A DNA stretch of 64,000 nt, taken from NCBI GenBank assembly GCA_964016885.1, contig OZ024756.1, positions 42,284,001-42,348,000 of the forward strand. Reading direction: 5' to 3'. Of this stretch, positions 27,685-40,900 are shown piece by piece. Position 1 is the first letter of the stretch, and the number at the start of each line of letters is the position of its first letter. The DNA is from Eledone cirrhosa (Eukaryota). Below the pieces are notes generated by a model. The model was not told the DNA's origin, searched no databases, and saw only the letters and a list, made by a program, of their open reading frames with translations. Made by a program: the position numbers and the translations under genes.

Positions 27685-27901
27685 CCCTTTATCATTTACA
27701 TTACTATATAGTTACTATTGCATTTTTGTCGTAAAGGCTTTATCTTACATAATTATCTCACATAATATTGAATCTAATTTTGTTGTTATTTATTTTGAGA
27801 ACAATACCTTAACAAAAGTATGAGCAGTTGGTTACAGCTGGTTTGAACAGAATGGGGTAAGAAAATTCTAGTCAGATATGGCCGGTTTAAATGCTAAAGG
27901 G
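27685..27901. mobile_element. piggyBac-type MITE, same family
   Basis: ttaaCCCTTT..AAAGGGttaa. Confidence 0.85.
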
Positions 27902-28082
27902 TTAAACATACAGAAAATGAAAGTAATATTGGAAAGAACTATAAATGTCATAAATGAGAAGAAAAGGATGGAAAAAGCAAGGACTATTAGATAAAGGAAG
28001 ACAGAAGGAAGGAAAGAGAGAGGGTGACAGACTCTACACCTGGGTCAGAGAGGTGTTTTGGCTTTGCCAGTTTGTCCACAAA

Positions 28083-28448
28083 ATCTATATAAGGCTGTAT
28101 GTCCAAGGGTCAGGGACATGGATGATAGCACCAATGGTCATCTATATAAGGCTGTATATCCAAGGGTCAGGGACATGGATGATAGCACCAATGGTTATCT
28201 ATATAAGGCTGTATGTGCGAGGGTCAGGGACATGAACCATAGTACCAATGGTTATCTATAGGCTGTATGTCCGAGGGTCAGGGACCAATGACAATAACCC
28301 CAATGGTCATTTATATAAGGCTGTATGTCCGAGGGTCAGGGACCAATGACAATAACCCCAATGGTCATCTATATGATGTTGTATGTCCAAGGGTCAAGGA
28401 CCAATGACAATAGCACCAGTGGTCATCTATATAAAGCTCTATGTCCAT
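28083..28448. repeat. ~57-bp tandem repeat, about 6 units
   Basis: TATATAAGGCTGTATGTCC.AGGGTCAGGGAC..CCAATGGTCATC. Confidence 0.9.
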
Positions 28449-28533
28449 ATTTTTGTTATGCCAGGCAATGTACATTACACTAAATCATGAGTGATTAATT
28501 TTAAATATTCCTTCGTGTTTTTTTGTTAACTAG

Positions 28534-28774
28534 ATGTCGTAAACTTCCTCGTGCTTTGAAGGATTGGCAAGCTTTTAAAGATCTAAAACAAAAAATTGAT
28601 GACTTTAATGAAATTGTTCCTTTACTGCAACTGATGAGTAATCAAGCAATGAAAGATCGTCACTGGAGGCGGATAACATTTGTGACTGGTCACCAGTTTG
28701 AAGTAAAAGATGACAATTTCTTGCTTAGAAATATATTAGAAGCTCCTCTTCTCAAGTATAAGGAAGAAATTGAA
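28534..28774 (+). CDS. DNAH5: Exon 19 ([14 protein letters not shown]...MKDRHW...EEIE)
   Basis: aactag acceptor, gaa|gtaagt donor. Confidence 0.94.
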
Positions 28775-29639
28775 GTAAGTCAATTAAAGACTTTTGCATT
28801 TACATTACTCTATATTTTCTATTGTATTTTTGTGGTCAACACTTCATCTCGCATAGTATCAAATCTATGAGATTTTGATATTTATTTTGAGAACAATACT
28901 TTAACATAAGTATGAGCAGCCAGTTATGGCCGGTTTGACAAACAGCACCATATTGACACAGCGTTTCTAGTGCATTTTTAAAACCTGGCAGAGCCTATCT
29001 CCTCTCTAGGTCTGAATACAGCAGATTTCTTCTAGAGAAGTATAGAGAGATAGAATGTAAGGGAGAAAGAGATGTAGAAGAAGAATCATCCCCAGTATTA
29101 GACTGGTACACTTTTTTATAAACCTTAGACTGGTACATTTTTTTTATCAACCTTAAATGAATGAAAGGCAAAGTTGACCTATAAACTTGTTTTTTTTTTT
29201 ACTTTACTCTAAAGACAGAAGTCAGACACTCATTATTTTTAACTGGTATGTAACATTAATAAAATATAGACCTGGTTTTAATTACAGCCTCTATGGGAGA
29301 GTTAACTCATTAAGTGCTACTTGAATGGAATAAAGGAAATTACAATTAATTAATGACTCAGAATCATTTGAATTTTTAACCAATCAAACTGACTAACAGT
29401 GTGGAATTATGCAAATTTAAATTTTTATCAATGAGGCTTTGACTTACATTTACTTTGAAAAGAACAAAAGAAATGGTTTGTTCATCATCATCATCGTTTA
29501 ACACCCATTTTTCCATGTTAGCATGGGTTAGACAAGTTGTCTCATTGTGAGACAAGTCAGATCAGATGACCATGTCTCGCTGATACAGAACTGGTTCTGG
29601 TTTGGTTTCTATTGCTGAATGCCCTTCCTAACACCAACT

Positions 29640-29996
29640 ATATTTACAGTGTGGAATGGGAGATTTTTGTTGTATCACCAACACAACAACTTTACACTGT
29701 TGACTGGGTATTTTTTGTGGTGACACCTACACAACCACTTTACAGTGTGGACTGGGTTCTTTTTGTTGTGATACCTACACAACCACTTTACAGTGTGGAC
29801 TGGGTACTTTTTGTTGTGACACCTACACAACTACTTTACAGTGTGGACTGGGTTCTTTTTGTTGTAATACCTACACAACCACTTTACAGTGTGGACTGAG
29901 TACTTTTTGTTGTGATACCTACACAACCACTTTACAGTGTGGACTGGGTACTTTTTGTTGTGACACCTACACAACCACTTTCCAGTGTGGACTGGG
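29640..29996 (-). repeat. 48-bp tandem expansion of the RTE 3' UTR unit within a degraded RTE/SINE tail
   Basis: CCACTTTACAGTGTGGACTGGGT.CTTTTT matches the 3' UTR unit at 20273-20303. Confidence 0.8.
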
Positions 29997-30656
29997 GACT
30001 TGGGTGGGGAAAGTTCATCATCATCATTAACATAATTTTATATCTATTTTCCATACTTGCATGGGTTAGACAGGTTGTCATGTTCTGAGACTTGACATGC
30101 AGGTAAGATGACTGTATTGTACCCACACATTCCAGTTTTGGTTTCCTATGGTTTATAGTTAATACATGACTCAGCGCACTTTATTTACTAATTTTGCAAG
30201 GTTTATGACATTAGCTTATAAAAAAATAAGTAAAAAAAAATTCATTTCAATGAGATAGTTACAATTATAATCTATTGTAAAATAGAAAGTACAGATATAA
30301 ATTTCCATATTGTTACTGGCTTTACTGTTTATCTGAAGATCTGTGTTGAGTCAGCAAATCTATGATCAAAGTCTTAACACTGGTTTTATTGTTTAGTTCA
30401 ACGTACGTGTTGAGTCAGCGAACCGATGATCAAAGTCATTTGAGCCATGACCACTCTGTTGGTTTATGAGTATGTAGAACTACTTTATTCAATGTTTCCA
30501 TTATTTCCTTAAGATGGCAGCATATGATTTGAGGGTTATTTTGCTGTTATTTTAAAAAATACTTGGGAAACCTCCTACCAAATGAAACCACTTAGGAGGC
30601 CAATGAAATCTACATAGGTATGGGCTGTAATTTTTTTTTTTCTTTTCTTGTTTCAG

Positions 30657-30856
30657 GATATTTGCATTTCAGCTGAGAAAGAAAAAGATATTGAAGCAAA
30701 ATTGAAACAAATCATAATAGACTGGGATATGAAAGAATTTACCTTTGGCAATTTCAAGAACAGAGGGGAACAACTTTTGCGGGGAGATACAACTAGTGAA
30801 ATTGTTGGACTTGTAGAAGATTCTTTGATGATTCTTAGCTCTCTTATGAATAACAG
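30657..30856 (+). CDS. DNAH5: Exon 20 ([16 protein letters not shown]...)
   Basis: tttcag acceptor, ag|gtatca donor. Confidence 0.94.
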
Positions 30857-30948
30857 GTATCATGGCAGCTCACATGAATTTTGATTTCACTTCTTCTTCA
30901 TTATTATTATTATTATGAATTTGATATCTCAGTCATTGATGTTATTTG

Positions 30949-31073
<125 letters not shown>

Positions 31074-31295
31074 CTGGAGTATAACGTGGAGTTACTGTAG
31101 GTTCACCCGGGTGAGCACTCAATGCTCTTAGGGAGCATGTGAGAACATATATCTGCGGAGCTCCCAATTCCAGAGTCAGGAACGAACCCTATTCGATTAT
31201 TCCTTGAGCTGATCGGCAGTGAAACGTATGTAATATGTAATTAAATATGTAAATTATGCAATACTGATTCTTTGTTCCCATTTATTATTGTTATA

Positions 31296-31331
<36 letters not shown>

Positions 31332-31435
31332 TCATTTGAGGAATTATGTTTTTACAGTGTCTCTCTGTTAAATTCTTCCTTGAACCAAGTTTCTCACTCT
31401 CCTACGTACCATTCTCATTGAGTCTGTTTTTCTAG

Positions 31436-31589
31436 GTTCAACGCTCCCTTCAAGAAAGAGATACAACAATGGGTCCAGAATTTATCAAATTCCTCTGAAA
31501 TCATTGATAACTGGTTAACAGTACAAAACCTTTGGGTTTACCTTGAAGCTGTTTTTGTTGGGGGAGATATTGCTAAACAATTGCCAAAG
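31436..31589 (+). CDS. DNAH5: Exon 21 ([12 protein letters not shown]...[23 protein letters not shown]); not in the ORF track
   Basis: Translated by hand; ttctag acceptor, aag|gtaaat donor. Confidence 0.94.
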
Positions 31590-32517
31590 GTAAATTGTTT
31601 TTCACATTAAAAAAGAATCTTCTTTATGCTTCTCTTACCTCCCCAACATCTCTCTCTCTCTCTCCCTCTCTCCCTCTCTCTCTCTCTCTCTCTTGTCTCT
31701 CCTTCACGCTCTCTCTCTCTCCCCCTCTCTGTTTCCCTCTTGTTTTTTTTAAAACTATAAGCGATATTAAATACTTCTCCAAGTCTGTCATGGCTTACTA
31801 GCTCTACACGCATGTTTAATTTAAATAAATAAATAGATAGATAATTAAATAAACAAATAAATAATTTTCTTATCAAGAAATAAGTTTATATTTTCCTCAA
31901 TGGTATCAGTAATTATGTTTCTGTTATCTTAATTAGATAATTAGATAATTTTTGTAATTAATACAAAATCATTACTTTTTGTCTGTTTGCTACCCCTGTC
32001 CTAATCTCACCTCCTCCTGTACCTCACACATTTCTCTACCTTCTTCTCTTCCTTCTCTCCCTTTTTACCTTCTCTCTCTTTTTACCTTCTTCTCTTCCTT
32101 CTCACCCACTCCCTTTCTTTTTTTACCTCTTCTGGCTTCTTTGTCCCCCCCCCCCCCCATTTGTTGTTTGTCCTGAGTCTTGTCTCCAATTCTCTTTTTT
32201 ACTTTCCGCTCTTTTCTCTTTAACTCTCTCTCTTTCTCTCTCTCTCTCACTCTCTCTCTTTCTCTCTCTTTCTCTCTCTCTCTTCCTCTCTTCCTCCTCT
32301 ATATATTTCATCTTCCTGTCATCCACCTTGTGGATTGTCTCTCTGTTGACCCCTGATCACTGGTCTCTGCCCTCTGAGGCATTTTTGTGCATCGCTGTCT
32401 TTGACAGCATTTGGCTGTTTTAATGTCTGTTCTAGTGATGAGATTTCTCATTTTTCTATGAATTCAAATATATATCTTGCTTCATCTCAATCAGAGACCA
32501 TAATGTTTATTCATATG

Positions 32518-32551
<34 letters not shown>

Positions 32552-32783
32552 CATCACGAAGGAAGTGTGGTAAGGAACCAGGTGGACCATAACGCACCAG
32601 AGTACTCAATACTTTGGGTAATAGGAAAAGAGTCAGGACCTTGACGGCTGAGCTCAAGCCGTTTCGATGGCTATTTCAGTCCAGAAATAGCCATCGAAAC
32701 GGCTTGAGCTCTGCCGTTGGGGTCCTGACTCTTTTCCTATATATATATATATATATATATATATTTTCTTTTTTTTTGCCTAG

Positions 32784-32947
32784 GAAGCAAAGCGGTTTTC
32801 TAATATTGACAAATCTTGGGTGAAAATAATGAGCCGTGCCCATGAGATTCCAAATGTTGTTCATTGCTGTGTCGGAGATGATACACTGAGTCAGTTGCTT
32901 CCACATTTATTGGAGCAACTTGAGCTCTGTCAAAAGTCATTAACTGG
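32784..32947 (+). CDS. DNAH5: Exon 22 ([12 protein letters not shown]...[10 protein letters not shown]); frame not in the ORF track
   Basis: gcctag acceptor, gg|gtttgt donor. Confidence 0.93.
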
Positions 32948-33816
32948 GTTTGTATAATCCTTGCTTTCTTTTGCAACAGGACGGGGGAGAAGTATTTCTT
33001 TCTATCCTATTACATTATAAATTTCAGATACCAGTTATTGGATTGGCATAATTGTTTGTGTGTCTGGTGAAAAAGAAACAGTTCTGTATGAGCAAGACAC
33101 TGTCATCTGATCTGACTTGTTTCACAATCTAACAACTCGTTTTAACCCTTGCTGGTGGTGGAGGTGGTGGCGTTGATTGTGGTGGTGGTGGCGGTGTTGA
33201 TGGTGGCGGTGGTGTTGTTTGTGGTTGTGGTGGTGGTGGTGATGTGGCCCCGAATCCTCATCTGACCAATACTCAGGAACTGGGTCCTGTGCTACACCCC
33301 ATCTGCCGTCATCACAACGATAAAGCTATTGGCTACTTAAAAGGTTGTCATCTCTTGAAAGGGGTTACTGAACACACAAGCTGAGACTGATTGGTGCCAC
33401 GGTCGGGACTTTACCCCCTCTCACCCCCTCTCTCTCTATATATACATATATATATATCTCTGTATATATATATATAGATATATATATATAAATATATATA
33501 TATATATGTGTATGTGTGTGTGTTGGTATATATATATATGTGTGTGTGTGTGTTGGAATATATATATATATAACGAAGGAAATGTGGTAAGGAACCAGGT
33601 GGACCATAACGCACCAAAGTACTCAATACTTAGGGTAGTAGAGTGGGTAATAGGAACAAGTAAGACCCCGACGGCTGAGCTCAAGCCGTTTCGACGGCTA
33701 ATTCAGAATTAGCCGTCAAAACGGCTTGAGCTCAGCCGTCGGGGTCTTACTTGTTCCTATATATATATATATATATATGTGTGTGTATGTGTGTGTGTTG
33801 GTATATATCTATACAT

Positions 33817-34158
33817 GGAGGCACATGGCTTAGTGGTTAGAGCATTGGCCTTGCAATCGAAAGGTTGTGAGTTCAATTCTCAGACCGGGTGATGTGTTGT
33901 TTCCTTGAGCAAGACACTTTATTTCACATTGCTCCAGTTTACTCAGCTGTAGAAATGAGATGATAGGGACCCCAGTCCCTATCATTCCACTGCAAAGTGG
34001 TCATGGAGGTGCCATGGCAAAAAAGCACCCAGCACTCACTGTAAATGAGGTTGGTGTTAGGAAGGGCATCCAGCTGTAGAAATCAAGCCACAATCAGTTC
34101 CCGTCCCACCCTTGCAAGCAGGGAAAAAGCGGACGTAAAATGAAATGATGATGATGAT
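33817..34158 (+). mobile_element. tRNA-derived SINE with RTE-type 3' tail (other copies 41468-41801 -, 42115-42440 +, 59215-59604 +; head with different tail 8919-9200 +)
   Basis: A box TGGCTTAGTGG, B box GAGTTCAATTC, CCTTGAGCAAGACACTT core, tail shared with the RTE 3' UTR. Confidence 0.85.
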
Positions 34159-34683
34159 ATATAGATGTGTGTGTGTGTGTGTGTGTGTGTAAATAAGTGA
34201 GTATGTGTTGATATATAAAGAAATGTTTCTAAAGAATGGAAATATCAAAATATTGTTAGACAAGATTGCAGTAATTATCTGTGTACACAGTACACTAAAC
34301 AGGAGATATATATACAGTGTAATAACGGGGGTGCATATTAGTCTGCTGAGGGTGTGTATATAGTGTGTATAGTGTGTATATTAGTCTGCTAAGGGTGTGT
34401 ATATTGTGTGTACATAATGTGTATAGTGTTTATATAATGTGTATATAGTGTATATTGTGTGTATATTGTTTATATAGTGTGTATATAATGTATATTGTGT
34501 GTATATAATGTATATTGTGTGTATATAATGTGTATATTGTGTGTATATAGTGTATATAATGTGTATATAGTGTATATATAATGTGTATATTGTGTATATA
34601 ATGTGTATATATAGTGTATATTAGTCTGCCATCAACAGACATAGCATTATCTTCCTCTTGTGATTATTCTCATTTTGTTTTTG

Positions 34684-34885
34684 GGGGTGGGGTGGTGTAG
34701 CCATTGTTTAACCCTGGGTGGGGTGGTTAGCCATTGTTTAGCCCCGAGGTGGGGTGGTGTAGCCATTGTTTAGTCCCAGGGTGGGGTGGTGTAGCCACTG
34801 TTTAGCCCCGGGGTGGGGTGGGGTGGTGTGGTGTAGCCACTGTTTAGCCCCGGGGTGGGGTGGTGCAGCCATTGTTTAGCCCCGG
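34684..34885 (+). repeat. G-rich ~33-bp tandem repeat
   Basis: GGGGTGGGGTGGTGTAGCCATTGTTTAGCCCC units. Confidence 0.85.
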
Positions 34886-35934
34886 GTCAACTCTCAGCAG
34901 GAACATATATGATCAAATGTTATTTTATTCCACATTACTCAAATGTCCATTTTAAAACAGACCCCCCCCCCTGTTGTGATAACGTGGGAATTGAAAAAGA
35001 TTTGGCTGTTGTTTTTAGAAGGTCAAACAACCACAACTGATCATGGTGAGCTTCTCATGTTGGTTGGGTTAGTTGTTTTGTTTTATTTTATTTTATTTAT
35101 ATTTCAGTTTTATTGATGTGGGTGTGGAAGGGGAGAGAGGAGGAAAGCATGACTTATAGGAGGCGGGGGGGGGGGGGGCTACTAACAAAATAAAATGTGT
35201 ATGTTAATATGGCCGCTAGTTCACAGACAAAGAGGAACCCCCCACCCATTCTCGACTTCTATAAATTATATCATATTTAATAATAATTGTTTCTACTTTT
35301 GGCACAAGGCCAGCAATTATCCCAGTGTATTACTGGTACTTTATTTTATCGACTCCGTAAGGATGAAAGGCAAAGTTAACCTTGGATTTGAACTCGGGCC
35401 ATAAAGGGCCGTAACTCTATGCTGCAAAGCATGGTGTCTGACGCCCTACTGATACTGTCAATAATAATAGTAATAATCATTGTTTAATGGCCATTTTCCA
35501 TGCAAGCATGGGTTAGACGGGTTGTCCCATTAGAGGTAAGTTGGGTCAGGTGACCATGTCTTGCTCATATAGGACTGTTTCTTGCTAGGTTTCTATGGCT
35601 TGATGCCCTTCCTAATGCCGACCTTATATAAGTTTGACATTATTTTGCTTATATAAATTGTATTACTGTATTAGTAATACTAATAGTAATACAAACTAAA
35701 TTTTTTAACCATGATTGTCCTCACCCTCTGTTTGACCTCGTGTCAATGATATGGGTATATTTGGATGCAGGGAAGATTTTTTAAATGATTTTTTCTTTTT
35801 GAAAAAAAGTGCATCCGAGAGGCTGGAAAAGGCAGTAATTGAGAGAAAGAAAGAAAGAAAAAAAAATCTCCACGAATAAATAAAGATATTTTAAGTACAT
35901 AATTTCTAAGTTATGAATTTACTTTTATTTCCAG

Positions 35935-36142
35935 TTATTTGGAGAAAAAGAGACTGCTTTTCCCCCGTTTCTTCTTTGTGTCTGATCCAGCTTTATTGGA
36001 AATCCTTGGCCAAGCAAGTGATTGTCACACAATTCAGTCTCATCTTCTCAGTGTATTTGACAACATAAAAATGGTAAAATTTCATGAAAAGCACTATGAA
36101 ACAATACTATCTGTGGAATCGAGTGAAGGGGAATGTATGGAT
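35935..36142 (+). CDS. DNAH5: Exon 23 ([25 protein letters not shown]...)
   Basis: ttccag acceptor, gat|gtaagt donor; linker motif FPRFFF. Confidence 0.95.
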
Positions 36143-38111
36143 GTAAGTGAAGACTTTTCTTTTTTATCTTAATTCATTTCCTGTAGAGTTTATTATGGTT
36201 TTGGTTAAACAGAAACTTGTATAATAATGATTTCTACTTTAGGTCCAAGGCCAACAATTTTCGGGGAGGGGAAATTCAATTAAATCAACCCCAGTGCATT
36301 ATTGGTATTTTATTTTATTGACCCCTCAAGGATGAAAGGCAAAGCTAACCTTGGTAAAGACAATTCAATCGACCCCAGTAATGGACTAGTACTTTACTTT
36401 ATTGACCCAGAATATAAAGACATAAAACATATACTACAATAGCATTTTATCTGATGTTCTGCCAATCCACCAACCTCAGTAATATCAACTTGAATCTATA
36501 ACTAAGATAGTATATGTCTCAACTAAAATGTAAAGAAACCTAAACCAAAGCTATACCAACCAGAAATCCACACAACAAACAATCTTATAATCAGCCCTAC
36601 TATAACAACCATAAGTTAAATTGAAACATGTCTTTTAAAACCCTACCCCAATCCTCTCAACCAAACAGCCAACCACCCAGATTTAATTACAATAAAATTA
36701 TGTTGAAAATCAAGAAAGCCATCCTGGCACTTGGTTGACTCTGCAACTGAAGAACATTCATCTCTCCATCTCCACTGAAACTCTGCAACCATGTCCTCTT
36801 TTCTACATTTTTTCTCTCTTTTTGTTTTTAATATTGTATGGCAGTTAGACATAAACTCTCCATTGCAGACTTGCCTAACAACTTCAACACTCCCTAAAAA
36901 TCCATCCATCTATCCGTATCCAGTTTTGGTCTTTAGGGTACTGTGGTTGTTCTGGACTCCAAGCTAGACAACACCAGGCGATGTCTCACAGCCGCTCTCC
37001 ATGAATTTCTGTCCATAGTAACATGAAAATTCGCTGGCAGAATCATAAGGCTTCCAGCTTCACCATCCAAGAAAGAGTCAGCATTTTATTCATCAAAGAG
37101 AAGATCTTGAAAGTTCAGTTGAGCTCAGCTTGGTTTGACATGTCATTTGATCTGTATGTATGATTGCAGAATGTTGTGATATCTATTCTATATAGAGCTG
37201 GAGAATGGCAGCAAATTGGCAGAACTTTCGAATGTCAAACACAATGCCTTGTAATATTTGTTCTCTCCCTCTCTGCACTCCCTGAGTTCAAGTCCCACCA
37301 AAGTCAACTTCGCCTTTCATCCATTCATGGTCAATAAATTTCTCGCTGTCTCACTAAATATCATACAAAACATTATCAAACCCAGCTCCAGATGACATAT
37401 GTCAACATCTAGCTATGTCTCACTACCTATGCAAAAAATGTTTACATGATTTGAATAACTGTGAATCACATGTTGGGGAAAACCCAGTAAAGAAACCCAC
37501 ACTTACTGAATTCATATATATATATATATGTTTATATATATATATATATATATGTTTATATATATGTGTGTGTGTATATATATATATACATATGTTTATA
37601 TATGTGTGTGTGTGTATATATATATATATATACATATGTTTATATATGTGTATATATATATATACATATGTTTATATATGTGTGTATATATATATATACA
37701 TATGTTTATATATGTGTGTATATATATATATACATATGTTTATATATGTGTGTGTGTATATATATATACATATGTTTATATATGTGTGTGTGTGTATATA
37801 TATACATATGTTTATATATGTGTGTGTGTATATATATATATACATGTTTATATATGTGTGTGTATATATATATATACATATGTTTATATATGTGGTGTGT
37901 GTGTATATATATATATATATACATATGTTTATATATGTGTGTGTATATATATACATATGTTTATATATGTGTGTGTGTATATATATACATATGTTTATAT
38001 ATGTGTGTGTGTGTGTATATATATATATACATGTTTATATATGTGTGTGTGTGTATAGATATACATATGTTTATATATGTGTGTGTGTGTATATATATAT
38101 ACATATGTTTA

Positions 38112-39424
38112 ATAACGGAGGAGTTTAAGACCGGATGCCCATGGGAACTCCTGTATGCTGATGACCTCGCACTCATAGCTGAATCTATGGTAGAACTAGA
38201 GAATAAATTCCAAACCTGGAAGCAGGGACTAGAGAGAAAGGGCCTCAAAGTCAACATGACAAAGACTAAGGTCCTTATAAGTAGACGAGAAAACAGAACC
38301 CAGATCCCCTCAGGGAAATGGCCTTGCTCAGTATGTAGGAAAGGTGTAGGTAGGAACTCCATTCTCTGCCCCAAATGCAAACAATGGGTACACAAGAGAT
38401 GTAGCGGGATCTCAGGAAGCTTAATTAAGAATGTAGGATTCACATGCAGCAGCTGTGCTGAAACAGCAAGCAAACAGCCACAGGAAACAAGTACCACCAA
38501 TCTCTGGGAGGGCCCTGTAGAAACAGTAGACAGCTTCTGCTACCTAGGTGACCGAATTAGCAACGGAGGTGGGTGCTCAGAAAGTACAATAACTAGGGTA
38601 AGAACGGGATGGAAGAAGTTTAGGGAACTACTACCACTGCTAGCTGCAAAAGGCTTCTCCCTCAGAATGAAAGGCAGACTGTATGATGCGTGTATCCGAA
38701 CAGCGATGTTGCATGGTAGTGAGACCTGGGCGCTGAAGGTGGAAGACTTACGTAGATTAGAGAGAAACGAAGCCTGCATGCTCCGATGGATGTGTAACAG
38801 TAATATACGTGAACGACAAAGCATAAAGGAATTGAGAGAGAGACTGAGCATAAGAGGAATCAAATGCTGCGTGCAGGAGAGGCGGTTACGCTGGTATGGA
38901 CATGTGATGCGTATGAAGGATGACAGCTGCATAAAAAGGTGCAGAGCACTAGAAGTTGATGGAAACCGCGGAGTGGGGAGACCCAAGATGACTTGGGATG
39001 AGGTGATAAAAGCCGACCTTACCCAACTACACCTCTCAAAGTCAATGACACACGACCGTGACTTCTGGCGTCACGCAGTAATACAGGGTACCCGACCTCC
39101 CATGGGTACATGCTGAAGCATATAAACAATATGCCCCCCCCCCCCCCCCACCGCAAGGTGGTCGTGGAGGTGCCACGGCAAAAAAGCACCCAGCCCACAC
39201 TGTAAAGTGGACGTGTAGGCGCCACGAAAAAGCACCCAGCACTCACTGTAAATGAGGTTGGTGTTAGGAAGGGCATCCAGCTGTAGAAATCAAGCCAGAT
39301 CAGTTCCTGTATGAGCAAGGCATGGTCAGCCGACCAGACACTGCCCACAACAGGACAACCCGTCTAACCCATGCTAGCGTGGAAGAACGGACGTAAAACG
39401 GTGATGATGATGATGATGATGATG
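38112..39424 (+). mobile_element. RTE-clade LINE, 5'-truncated; C-terminal RT frame open to stop at 39116; 3' UTR and (GAT)n tail
   Basis: [27 protein letters not shown] and GRPKMTW motifs; inserted into a TA/TG minisatellite. Confidence 0.92.
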
Positions 39425-39434
39425 TTTATATATG

Positions 39435-39481
<47 letters not shown>

Positions 39482-39994
39482 GTTTATATATGTGTGTGTA
39501 TATATATATATATAAATACATATGTTTATATATGTGTGTGTGTATATATATATATATACATATGTTTTTATATGTGTGTATGTATATATATATATATATA
39601 TATATACATATGTTTATATATGAGTGTATATATATATATATACATACATATGTTTATATATGTGTGTATATATATATATACATATGTTTATATATGTGTG
39701 TATATATATATACATATGTTTATATATGTGTGAATATAAATATATATAAACATATATGCTCCTTAAATGTTGAGCACTTTAAATTATATATAAACATATG
39801 TATATATACACACACACATATATATTTATATAAACACATATATATATACACACACATTATAAATATATATATATTTGAATTCAGTAAGAAAGTAATTTAA
39901 TGTTAGTAGGGGTTTCTTTATTGGGTTTTCCCCAACATGTGATTCACAGTTATTCAAATCATAAATATATGTGTGTGTCTATATATATATATAA

Positions 39995-40900
39995 CGATCT
40001 GCGAAATGGCCATGCTCAGTGTGTAGGAAAGGAGTAGGCAGAAACTCCATTTTATGTCCCAAATGCAAAGTATGGGTGCATAAAAGATGTAGTGGGATCA
40101 CAGGTTAGCTAACTAAGAATATAGATTTAACATGTGGCCGGTGCTCAGGTGCAATAAGTAGCAGCAAGTGCCCACAGAATACTAGCTCATTCCATTGCAC
40201 AGATGGTTCTATAGAAATAGTGGACACCTTCCATTACCTTGGTGACAAAATCAGCAGTGGGGGAGGGTGCTCTGAAAGTACAGTAGCTAGAGTCAGAACG
40301 GGATGGAAAAAGTTCAGAGAGCTTATACCACTATTGGCTGCTAAAGGGTTCTCTCTAAAAATGAAAGGCAGGCTGTATGATGCCTGCATACGAACAGCAA
40401 TGTTACATGGCAGTGAGACCTGGGCATTGTGTGCAGAGGATATATGCAGACTGGAGAGGAACGAAGCTTGCATGCTCCGTTGGATGTGTAATAGTAATAT
40501 ACGTGAACGGTAAAGCATAAATGAATTAAGGGAGAAATTAGGAATAAGAGGAATCAGATGCTGTTTACTCGAGAGAAGGCTACGTTGGTATGGTCACGTG
40601 ATGTGCATGAAAGACGACAGCTGTATAAAAAAATGCAGGGCGATAAAAATAGACGGTAGCCACGGAGTAGGCAGACCCAGAAAAACCTGGGACGACTTGA
40701 TAAATTCCGACCTCACACACTTACACCTCTCCAAGACAATGTCACTGGACCGAGATCTTTGGCGCTACACAGTAATAGAGAAGACCCGCCTTACCTAAAT
40801 ACAAAGTGAAACCTACTACAGTCAGTAGGCACCTCTAACAAAATACACCCACGTCCCCATCCACACCACCCCTTTCAATGTAAAGTTATGTTGGTACCAC
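39995..40900 (+). mobile_element. Diverged RTE LINE fragment
   Basis: WPCSVC..WVHKRC, FHYLG, GSETW, GRPRKTW; in-frame stop. Confidence 0.85.

Noticed and set aside
31195-31236. Hammerhead GCTG-ATCGG-CAGT-GAAACGTATGTA
   Set aside because: Stems II and III look right but the core reads CTTGA (2 nt missing); probably an inactive relic.
33817-33890. tRNA gene
   Set aside because: A and B boxes are present but continue into a SINE body; no full cloverleaf.
37566-38111. N-terminal part of the 516-aa ORF
   Set aside because: Translation of TA/TG repeats; only the part from ~38112 is RT.
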